DNA of 64,000 nucleotides from Acidimicrobiia bacterium (GTDB lineage: Bacteria; Actinomycetota; Acidimicrobiia; Spongiisociales; Spongiisociaceae): positions 1-64,000 of the forward strand of contig JBFGLM010000005.1 of NCBI GenBank assembly GCA_041576165.1, written 5' to 3'. How positions within the stretch are numbered: the first letter of the stretch is position 1; every line of letters starts with the position of its first letter. Below are positions 44,001 to 51,983 of the stretch, piece after piece. The translations under genes were made by a program, and so were the position numbers. The notes under the pieces were generated by a model. That model worked only from the letters and a program-made list of their open reading frames with translations. It was not told the DNA's origin and made no database searches.

Positions 44001-47000
44001 GGACGGCACCCTGTCGATCGGACACGCCGGGGCGGGTCCACAGATCGACTTCTTTGCCTTCGACGAGCTGTGGTCCGTGCAACTGTCCAACCCGGTCGTG
44101 TTTCCGATCGGGTCGCCGTCTGAGCCGATCACCCAGGCATTCGACCGGGCTGGTGCCGGCGACGACCAGGCGACTAGCGCTCGGGCAACTGATCTCGAGA
44201 TCGGTCTGCGCTCCGACGGAAGCCACGAAGCCGGCCTGATCATGACGTTTGAGGCGGGTGGCGACATCACGCTCGCCACCCGGGTCGACCTACTGCAAGA
44301 CGATTTGCCGGCAGGCGTGACCGGTCTTTCGATCTTCGGTATCGAATTGCACGTGGAAGGTGTCGAGGCGCAGCTCACCAATTCGTCGCTGCAAGTGTCC
44401 TGGAGCGGCCTGCCGGACGCGGCGGGGTCGGTTGACGTGCTCCCGGGGTTCCCGATCGTTCAGCCCGGCCTGCCCGGCTACCTTGCGATGACCTTTGAGA
44501 CGACCCCACCCGAGGACGGTACAGCCGGCTTTGTCGTCACCCACGCCCTGGCCGAAGCTCTGCTCCACGGAGCCGCGCCGGAGCGACCAGACCCCGCAGT
44601 CCGCCAGCTCTGCTCGGGCCAGATCGTCCTCGGATACCTGGCTCGCATGGAAAAGCGAGACACCGTCTGGGAGCGCAGCGTCGAGATCAGCGGCTGGATC
44701 AACCTGCTCAACCACCACACCCACCCCGTCGTGAACGTGGGCGAGAATGGCCTACTGATGGTTCCCGTGCTCGACGATCCCATCGACCCGACGCTGCACC
44801 GCGCTCGGATCCTGCTGTCGGGCCATCATTTGCCCATCGCGAACGGGGACGAAGCCGGCTTGGCGGTCAATGATTCGCAGGACGGCGACAGGTCTGTGTG
44901 GTCGATTGTCGGGTCGGTGGAGTTGTGGGCGGTCGTCGAACACACCCTCGAGCGGACAATGGGGCAGCGGCGACGGTTCACCGTCTCCCAGCCGGTGCGC
45001 CTGGCCACGCCGTCAATCGTGGCGGACGAGCTCTCGTCGCGCCGGGGACCGGCGACCGAGCTCGGGGCTGGCGGATTTGTGCATCCCGATGCAGCGGACA
45101 CCATCGCCGGAGCGCTCGCAGCCCTGGACCCCGAAACCATGCTCGTGACGCTGGACGCCGCCGCCTGGGTTGACGCCACGCCAATCACCCGCGACGCCCC
45201 GCCGATCACCATTCGCCGTCTGCCCTTGGGCGCCCAAGGGGCGCTGGTCGCGGGCGTCGATGACTACACGCGGGGCAGCGCCGACTGGGTTCTGCTGGAG
45301 CTGCCGTTCATCGGGACGCTGGCGAAGGCGGCCGGGAACCAGCCGTTCACGGCCCACCCGACTGTGCTGGCTGCGTCGACCGCGCCGCAGATCCGGGCGT
45401 TCGCCGCCATCATGATGGGTCATGCGACCGAGCCGCAGGCACCATTTGCGCCCGGTGCCATCGACCGCGGGTCGGGTCGGTCGGCGCTCCGGATCGACGC
45501 GATGGAGCTGGCCGCGAGATTGACCGAAGATGCCACGCGGGTCCTCAGCCGCGCCGGCGTCCCACTGCAGAGTGTGCTGGCTTCGACTGCAGACGGCCCC
45601 GAAGGGCGGGGTAGGGGTGACCGGCTGGCCGCGTCGCTGCCGGCCCCGGTGGACAACTGGCTGTTGCAGTCGGTCATGGCCCACGGACGCGCCGAGTTGC
45701 CGTCCGGGTCAACGACCGAGTTTGATCTCAGCACCGGACCGGATTCCATCAAGCGGAACCTTGGGCGGGAATCTCGAGCCCAGCTGCGGCTCAAAGGTGA
45801 TGACTGGGAGTGGGCACCGGATGGCGGGCTGATGTTCACCGGATCCGGCACAACCGCCCACGTCGACATCACCAACCATCAGCAGGGCCAGTCATTCACG
45901 ATCCTGTCGGTGGTGACCCCGGATGGCGATGGTCGGGCGGCGACAGTTGCGGTTGAGGGTGGTCGTCACTTCAAGGAGCTCATCTCCATTGATGTGGGCC
46001 GCGGTTCGGTGACGGTTGACGTCGGCGGGTCTCGCTTGCAGGGATCCGTACCAGACCACGACGGACCGCTGGTTGTTGCGTTCTCTTCGTCGCCGCGGCG
46101 CTCGCGGGCAGGGGGTCCTCGCTGGGGCACCCTGTACATCGACGGGCGCAAGGTCGATGAAGGACGTCACTCGGGTTTCATGTGGACGGCGGGGGCGCGG
46201 CAACGCCCACGCCGCAAGACGTTCCTCCGGCTGGGGGCGCCGGCGCCGATTGGTTCCATGGTGGGTGTTCATCATCGCATCGCCCTCTTCGACCGGGTCC
46301 TGACCGACGCGGAGCTCGCGACGTACTCGGCGCCGCCCCCGGCGCGCGCGGTTGATTCGACCCTGGCGCTCGCCACCCGGATCGGGTCAGAACTGTTTGA
46401 TCGGACGGAATCCGATGTCTCCACCCATCCAGCCGTGGCGGTTGTCGCCCTCGGCTCCGAGCCGAAGATGATCGTCGGCCCCTACCTGGCGCTGGATCTT
46501 CAGACACTGGAGCAGGAAGGCACGATCGTGGAGGCAGAGTCGGTCGAGCTGATCGCGGTTGGGCAGGGCCGCCGGTTGCGGCCGGTGGCCAGCCGGTTGG
46601 TCGACGGTGTAGCCGACGCGGCCGACGTAGGCCGTTGGGCCGCAGCCGTGCTGGAACGCCATGCCCACCTGTCGCCGGTGGCCGTGATCCGCCGGCGCCA
46701 GGTGTTGACCAACCCGGCCGGCGATGTGATGGTCGGCTACGAGTTCATGACGGTGGAACCGGTCCGGACCGTCACCCGGATCGGCTGGCGCGGCCATTCA
46801 CTCCGGGCCGACCCCGCCGATCTGCAGTTCCGGGAACCGCATTTCGGGGGCCACGACATGCCGGATACCGCCCGACCCCAGGACCTGGCCCCGCCGCTCG
46901 TGACGGGGGTCCAGCCGGTGCGGAGCGAGGAGTTGGGCTGGAGCGGGCTGCGGCTGACGACCCGCCACGCCGATGCCGCCGCCCCGACTCCGAGTGGCAT

Positions 47001-48576
47001 CGGTGACGGGTGGGAAGACGCTCGCTGGCACGCGCTGCAGCACCGTGTGCGCTTCCGGACCCAGGCCAATGCGGCGCCATCTCATTTCACAGCACCGCCT
47101 CGCCGGGCGGAGGCCGCCACCGCGACCGCGCCGCCGCTGCCGGCCTCTTTGCCCGCGATGGACGATGAAACCGAGTCCGGCGCGCCGTGGCAACCGATCG
47201 TTCCCGACGCCGTGCGCCATCTCCTGGCGGGCAACCGGCCGGGAGCCCGGATAGAGCTGCGCAGTCAGCTGCTGCGAACGGCGGGCGGCTCGGCCGCTGA
47301 TGCCGGTCTGGCGCCGGCCCTTCCCAGCGGCAGCGTGCCGGTGACCCACCGGATGCCCCGACCGCTGCCGCTGCCGGCCGCACACCGGGTGGTATCGGGA
47401 GCCGCCGACGGGCTTCCGGTGGGGGTGTCATCCAGCCCGGTCGATACTGCCCACTTTGATCTGGGTGACGGCCGGTTTGCCATGTACCGCCTCGACGTGA
47501 GCCACCCCGTGAACGGTACGATCGACATCGAGGCGTGGGACGGGCTGCGGATGACGGCCCTGGTCGAGGGGGACCAAGAGATTCCGACGCTGCCCGCCCG
47601 GATAGTCCTCACCGATGGCGCCGACCGGGTGGAGCTGACCGCGTCCACAGGCGTAGGCGGGAGATTGAGCCCCGGAACCGTTGCGGAGCTGCGGGTACGG
47701 GATAAGGACAACAGCGACGGCGCTGCGCTGGAACTGCTCCGCCGCGTCGCGCCCGGCTCCCTGGTGCGGCTCGAGATCGCCTACCGGATTCCCGGAGGCG
47801 ACCACCCGGAGCGCCGGCTCGTATTCCCGCTGAGGGTGGCTGCCGACCGCCACCTGCCCTTGGTCATGCAACCCGAATACGTACGGTTTGAGGACCCAGA
47901 CTACAACCAGGCCCTGGCGACTGAGGCCATGACCGCCTCGGGGAAGCGGTCGGGAGATGTCGAATTCTCGGTTTTCGCGGACCGTTCCACCTACGGGCCG
48001 GGCTCGCCGCTGGTGATCGGTGTGGCGGCGGGCCCATCCGACCGAACCGTCGAGCTTCCGCCGGTGCGGCTTGCGCGCATCACGCCCGACGGGTCGGAAT
48101 CGGAGCTGCTGTCCTACCACGTACAGCCGTCGCAACCTGGGAGCAACCGCCACCTCGAGCTGCTCTCCATGGCCGAGCTGGCCGAGCAGGGAAAGTTCAG
48201 CTGGGGCGAGGGAGACCGGATAGCAGTCTCGATCGGGGAAGCCACAGCGTCCATCGCGACGCTCAGCCTGGCGGTGACCGAACGTGACCCGAACCCGGCT
48301 CCCACTTCCGCCTACGGCTTGTTGCGAACCCGGGGAGATTCGGGCGAAGTCGTGTGTGTCCGTTACGCGGTCGGGCCCCGTCCGGCCCAGGTCGAACTGG
48401 TTGCTCCAGGCGACGTCTTCACCGGCATCGTGCGGAGGCGGGCGGTTTTCGTGTGGCAGGACACGGTGCGGGCGGACCAGCCCGATGTGCGGTACTACGT
48501 GCAGAAGATCACCGCCGGTGGGTCGACGCACGTTCCGGAACTGGATGAGTTCTTCGGTGAGATGTTGATTGCGTGA
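41050..48576 (+). CDS. Giant hypothetical protein, ~2508 aa, with a LamG/concanavalin-like domain
   Basis: 7.5 kb ORF; ATG at 41050 after GGAGGAG, overlapping the upstream stop by 8 nt; LamG-like segment at about 45800-46330 (GLMFTG…FTI…LYIDG…LRLGA…IALFDRVLTDAEL). Confidence 0.92.
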   Translation: MAERFTITGPGWSAQMELAPTPERSGEAARRAVLATLDEDSVTRDLTVVHAHTVEVSITALGRSFRWRRHPDAATHPVVLALTRASESEEHRCAAGMVELHALVAQRQAEERLYQALGITHPESGSHIEVHAGGITVEGARTLPWDQPEQVVEAGFLAEVDGTQVRLTPEMERLDETGLKGWRAAWRRLAEQLNPGNPQIGGDTGGPSWLNLEVVEPGSVPEMSWRLSRDGSERFHLGAGALRVLLTEGSPYASDGARSIMVLQPIDISIERNQARLTVSVSADSRPQSTSQSGGDTATLTVRAEAAGSGWAETSELQADQLAPDPLGLAARLRADRSMPPPEAGNTKPDPEALWAALPVRDGWLQVPIPNLTEQLLVDAGQQPEAAPRRELVSSGAVVFGNRSARSKGQQAWSLIVNGTECFGGEWVVENGRLRSATVRVVEPSVVLDGMLWIATEPPSSGDALPDLSNWISGLRSEPLYAAGAAGRRHQSLIQFESHLVFGNRGEGSAELAGARLTSDVNAEALAALTDADTGVLSPEFQPDHRAVAWLRHPTQPMIQALPMTQTARPANTPAASRALFPFVAADESAPWSFEFRGGAGMWPELPLDQLRPAPAWTAATELAGVVLSSPGLVLEPDRDGSGMARFRYDMPALDERAALSTINEQAAPTPAALTPNDYENHWRTLSDLAGQAALEGVTGFAIAAPHGILGAEQINASEAKLENLAGNTPLDMDVTAELSSYPPRLSFAIADRKEQSAAGDGVLAIPTGAMNVSGETLDIVAGSASLRSNGVLRDQTGLGRAPSTADGDLIRTWVQPDGAAEDGFDLVSTLQPIDLTAAQDDDTWHLWFRDLPCQLAADTARFRRDGCPAALAGYEWRLNAGATIAGLDFIPLRLESLVLDGSAVSSVSIRGRLQLPLPGDGPSEIEGMPNAVIAGFSVRDGRLALTGLEAAEPDTTLVWPMRLVEGEVGGAPILCWTELELNTDGTLSIGHAGAGPQIDFFAFDELWSVQLSNPVVFPIGSPSEPITQAFDRAGAGDDQATSARATDLEIGLRSDGSHEAGLIMTFEAGGDITLATRVDLLQDDLPAGVTGLSIFGIELHVEGVEAQLTNSSLQVSWSGLPDAAGSVDVLPGFPIVQPGLPGYLAMTFETTPPEDGTAGFVVTHALAEALLHGAAPERPDPAVRQLCSGQIVLGYLARMEKRDTVWERSVEISGWINLLNHHTHPVVNVGENGLLMVPVLDDPIDPTLHRARILLSGHHLPIANGDEAGLAVNDSQDGDRSVWSIVGSVELWAVVEHTLERTMGQRRRFTVSQPVRLATPSIVADELSSRRGPATELGAGGFVHPDAADTIAGALAALDPETMLVTLDAAAWVDATPITRDAPPITIRRLPLGAQGALVAGVDDYTRGSADWVLLELPFIGTLAKAAGNQPFTAHPTVLAASTAPQIRAFAAIMMGHATEPQAPFAPGAIDRGSGRSALRIDAMELAARLTEDATRVLSRAGVPLQSVLASTADGPEGRGRGDRLAASLPAPVDNWLLQSVMAHGRAELPSGSTTEFDLSTGPDSIKRNLGRESRAQLRLKGDDWEWAPDGGLMFTGSGTTAHVDITNHQQGQSFTILSVVTPDGDGRAATVAVEGGRHFKELISIDVGRGSVTVDVGGSRLQGSVPDHDGPLVVAFSSSPRRSRAGGPRWGTLYIDGRKVDEGRHSGFMWTAGARQRPRRKTFLRLGAPAPIGSMVGVHHRIALFDRVLTDAELATYSAPPPARAVDSTLALATRIGSELFDRTESDVSTHPAVAVVALGSEPKMIVGPYLALDLQTLEQEGTIVEAESVELIAVGQGRRLRPVASRLVDGVADAADVGRWAAAVLERHAHLSPVAVIRRRQVLTNPAGDVMVGYEFMTVEPVRTVTRIGWRGHSLRADPADLQFREPHFGGHDMPDTARPQDLAPPLVTGVQPVRSEELGWSGLRLTTRHADAAAPTPSGIGDGWEDARWHALQHRVRFRTQANAAPSHFTAPPRRAEAATATAPPLPASLPAMDDETESGAPWQPIVPDAVRHLLAGNRPGARIELRSQLLRTAGGSAADAGLAPALPSGSVPVTHRMPRPLPLPAAHRVVSGAADGLPVGVSSSPVDTAHFDLGDGRFAMYRLDVSHPVNGTIDIEAWDGLRMTALVEGDQEIPTLPARIVLTDGADRVELTASTGVGGRLSPGTVAELRVRDKDNSDGAALELLRRVAPGSLVRLEIAYRIPGGDHPERRLVFPLRVAADRHLPLVMQPEYVRFEDPDYNQALATEAMTASGKRSGDVEFSVFADRSTYGPGSPLVIGVAAGPSDRTVELPPVRLARITPDGSESELLSYHVQPSQPGSNRHLELLSMAELAEQGKFSWGEGDRIAVSIGEATASIATLSLAVTERDPNPAPTSAYGLLRTRGDSGEVVCVRYAVGPRPAQVELVAPGDVFTGIVRRRAVFVWQDTVRADQPDVRYYVQKITAGGSTHVPELDEFFGEMLIA

Positions 48577-49052
48577 CGCCGGGCGGGGCCTGGGGTCGAG
48601 CGGAGGTCACACGGCGAATGTCTGCCGAGGGCGCCTAGGCGGTCTCAACGCCGGCGGATGCCCCATAGATACCAGCGCCCCGAAGAAGGCATTGAAGCCG
48701 TACATGATCTCCTCGACGTCGATGGGCGGGCCGAGGCATTCCCTCCGGTGCTGCTTAGGCATCATCGACCGGCGCCTCATCGTCTGCTACCACGACCGGT
48801 TCCTCGTCGGTCTCAACGACCGTGGCCTCGGCGGAGGCCGCGTCCGCATCGGCGACGCTGTCGACGCCCAGCGCCGCCGCCCCGTCGGTGGCGGCAGACA
48901 CCGGAGAGATCTGCTGCTCCTTGAGCTGGTAGATGATCTCTTTGAGTTCGGCTCATAGCCGGTGCAATGCGCCTTTGAAGTCGTAATGGGACTCCCGCAG
49001 GTCCCCGGCGTTGCTTTCACAGGTGGTGTGAACCGCCTGGCGGGCGGGCCGA

Positions 49053-49487
49053 CTACCAGTACCGGTATCTGGTGGGGTTGATCTGGATGGCAACCGGATA
49101 GCGGTCGGCGAACCATTCAGGTGTCCAGCCGTAGGCGTCCATCACCGGCCGGTACTTGGCGAGGTAGTCAGCGTTCTCGGCCGCCGACTCCACTTCATGA
49201 TCGATGCGGGCCGTACCTTCGACGATGACTATGTCGCCTCCGAGCCCATCGCCGTCCAGGTTGAGGGAGACCCGAGGGTTTCCAACGATGTTGCGCACGC
49301 GCGCCGAGTCCAGGCTGTACACCAGGAAGCTCTTCTCATCCCAGAGGAACCACACGGGTGACGTCTGCGGGGTGCCGTCTGCGGCGACGGTCGTCATCCA
49401 GGCCACACGGTTGCCGGTGAGTCGCTCGTGGGCGCGGGCGCCCTTCTCGCTGCCGGCATCAATCCGAGCGGTGTCTTCGCTGCTCAT
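49053..49487 (-). CDS. PPOX-class F420-dependent oxidoreductase
   Basis: WMTTVAADGTPQTSPVWF, RNIVGNPRVSLN, YLAKY. Confidence 0.9.
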   Translation of the reverse strand: MSSEDTARIDAGSEKGARAHERLTGNRVAWMTTVAADGTPQTSPVWFLWDEKSFLVYSLDSARVRNIVGNPRVSLNLDGDGLGGDIVIVEGTARIDHEVESAAENADYLAKYRPVMDAYGWTPEWFADRYPVAIQINPTRYRYW

Positions 49488-49505
49488 CGACTCTCCTGTA
49501 GCGAC

Positions 49506-50648
49506 TCAGATTCCGAGCTGGCGAGCGGCCAGGTCTCGCATGATCTCCTCCGAGCCGCCGCCGATGGCGTTGACCCGGACCTCACGGTAGATGCGCTCGA
49601 CCGGGTTGCCGCGCATATACGACGCCCCACCCAAGATCTGGGCCGCTTCGCGGGCGCAGAACTCGAGGGTGAGGCTGGCCTGGACCTTGCACTCGGCCAG
49701 CTGGGCGACCGGTCGTTCGCCCTCCGAGACCTGCCAGGCCAGTTGATCCAGCCAGGCCCGGGTTGCGTTGATGGTGCGATCCATCTCCACCAGCTTGTGC
49801 CGGATCACCTGATGATCGGCCAGGCGAGCCCCGAAGGTTCGTCGCTCGCCGGCCCACGCCAGCGCCTGGTCGTAACAGACGCGAGCTCCGCCGACCATGC
49901 CGGCGATCATGAACAGCCGCTCCGTGTTGAAGTTCTCCATGATCAGGCGGAACCCGGCGTCCTCCTCGCCGAGCAGGTACTCGGCCGGGACCCGGCAGTC
50001 GTCGAAATACAGCGTGGCGGTGTCGGAGGCCCACCATCCCATCTTCGCGAGCGGGGTGGCGGAGAAACCGGGCGTCGACGTCGGCACAACCAGGAGCGAT
50101 ACCCCCGCCGCGCCGTCACCGCCGGTGCGAACGGCGGTCGTGACGTAGTCGGCACGCATCCCGGATGTGATGAAGGTCTTGGACCCGTTCACGACATAGT
50201 CGTCTCCGTCCCGACGGGCGGTGGTCTGCAGGTTGGCCACGTCCGAGCCTCCGCCGGGTTCGGTGATCCCGAGGGCGCAGATGAGATCCCCGGTCATCAC
50301 GCCGGGCAGGATCTCGGCTTTCACCTTTTCGGAACCACCTCGCTGAATCGGTGGGGCGCCGATGTAGTTCGAGAAGAGCGACGCACCGACTCCGCCCGCC
50401 CCGCAGCGGGCGATCTCCTCTGAGAGGATCACCAGCAGCAGAGCGTCGTCGGTTCCCATCCCGCCATACTCTTCGTCGAATCCGATACCGAACCCACCGA
50501 GCACGCCAACCTTCTTGTACAGCTCGCGAGGGAATTCGCCTGCTTCGTCCCACTCGTTGACATGGGGAGTGATCTCGGCTTCGACGAACGAGCGGATCGT
50601 GCTCCGGAAGAGTTCGTGCTCCTCGGTGTAGAACGGTCGCGTGACCAT
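49506..50648 (-). CDS. Acyl-CoA dehydrogenase (AtuD-like)
   Basis: GITEPGGGSDVA, NGSKTFITSG, KMGWWASDTA, FNTERL, AIGGGSEEIM; GAGGAGG RBS. Confidence 0.95.
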   Translation of the reverse strand: MVTRPFYTEEHELFRSTIRSFVEAEITPHVNEWDEAGEFPRELYKKVGVLGGFGIGFDEEYGGMGTDDALLLVILSEEIARCGAGGVGASLFSNYIGAPPIQRGGSEKVKAEILPGVMTGDLICALGITEPGGGSDVANLQTTARRDGDDYVVNGSKTFITSGMRADYVTTAVRTGGDGAAGVSLLVVPTSTPGFSATPLAKMGWWASDTATLYFDDCRVPAEYLLGEEDAGFRLIMENFNTERLFMIAGMVGGARVCYDQALAWAGERRTFGARLADHQVIRHKLVEMDRTINATRAWLDQLAWQVSEGERPVAQLAECKVQASLTLEFCAREAAQILGGASYMRGNPVERIYREVRVNAIGGGSEEIMRDLAARQLGI

Positions 50649-51089
50649 CGCCTCCTCGATCCGTTGATCGCCTCCGAACGTCGTCCGATCCCGATTGTCG
50701 GGAGCGGCGGCAGCCGAACCCGAGCTGCCTACCGCATGCCTTACGCCACCGGATCGACACAGGTACGACATCGGGGCCGTCCGGTTGGCAGGTTAGCGAC
50801 AGGGTCGAATCCGGCCACGCCACCAGCGCGGTCATCGACAAGTCGGCGATCTTCCTCCATGCACACACCGACGAGCAGCTGGGCATGTGGACGGCAACAG
50901 CTGGAGCCCTGAAGCTCGACCACCTGAATCCACAGACCCAGGTGTTCACAACCGACTGACGAAGCGTCATGAGGAATCGGATTGCGGGTTTCCTTGACGG
51001 GAGAGACGGGCAAGACTAAGCGCCGGGAGGTAGTGCTCCCGGCCCGATCGCTGCCGCCGACCTTTCCCGGCGGCTCTGACGTCCGCTCC

Positions 51090-51830
51090 TCACCGGTAGT
51101 CGGGGTTCATGAAGTCGAAGCGGCAGCCGGCGTCCCACAGCGAACGCTGGTTGCCGTGGGCGGGGAATCCACCGTTGTCTTTGAGCATCCGAGCCGTGTG
51201 CATCAGGTTCCACGCCATGAATGTGGTGTTGCGGTTGGTGAAGTCATTCTCGGGCCCGCCCGAGCCCGGATCGAGGTATGACGGGCCGGGCCCGGCCTCC
51301 CCCAGCCAGGCCGCGTCGGCCTGCGGTGGGATCACGTAGCCGAGGTGCTGGAGCGAGTACAGAATATTCATCGAGCAGTGTTTGGCCCCGTCCTCGTTGC
51401 CGGTGATGAGGCAGCCACCGGTTTTGCCGTAGTAGGCGTACTGTCCGGCATCGTTCAGCAAATGCGAGTTGCCGTACAGCCGCTCGATGACCTGCGTGCA
51501 CACCGAGGTCTTCTCGCCCAACCATATGGCTGAACCCAGCACGAGGATGTCGGCGGCCTGCACCCGCTCGTAGATTGCCGGCCAATCGTCCTTGTCCCAT
51601 CCGTGCTCAGTCATGTCCGGCCAGACTCCAATGGCGATATCGTGGTCCACGGCTCGGATGTTCTCGGTGGTCACGCCGTTCCGGTCCATGATGCCGATCG
51701 CGATGTCCATCAGGCCCTGCGTGTGTGACATCTCGGGGGACTTCTTCAAGGTGCAGTTGATGAACAGCGCCTGGAGGTCGCTGAAGTCCCACCGGCTGTC
51801 GGTTGCGAGTGTTTCGTGCCGTTCGTCCAT
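51090..51830 (-). CDS. Flavodoxin-like / NADPH-dependent FMN reductase family protein
   Basis: INCTLKKSP…SHT, ADILVLGSAIWLGE, TGNEDG. Confidence 0.9.
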   Translation of the reverse strand: MDERHETLATDSRWDFSDLQALFINCTLKKSPEMSHTQGLMDIAIGIMDRNGVTTENIRAVDHDIAIGVWPDMTEHGWDKDDWPAIYERVQAADILVLGSAIWLGEKTSVCTQVIERLYGNSHLLNDAGQYAYYGKTGGCLITGNEDGAKHCSMNILYSLQHLGYVIPPQADAAWLGEAGPGPSYLDPGSGGPENDFTNRNTTFMAWNLMHTARMLKDNGGFPAHGNQRSLWDAGCRFDFMNPDYR

Positions 51831-51983
51831 GACTGCCTCAGCCTCCGTAGCTAGCCCGCCTAGAACCTAGAGGACCAAGCAACATGTGGCAGGTACGGCC
51901 GATTTGGGGGCAACTTTCGGCTGTAGCGGCCCCTGGGGGACACCTCGAGCCTAAGGTTCGGAAACCCTCGTACCATCCGGGGC

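Noticed and set aside
32322-48576. Giant ORFs as NRPS/PKS, RHS toxin or phage tape-measure proteins
   Set aside because: No adenylation, KS or carrier-protein motifs, no YD repeats or RHS core signature, no helical periodic repeats, no phage genes nearby
50750-50960. Startless coding-like stretch (…SAVIDKSAIFLHAHTDEQLGMW…QVFTTD-stop) on the plus strand
   Set aside because: No convincing start or RBS and no recognisable family; possibly a remnant but unsupported
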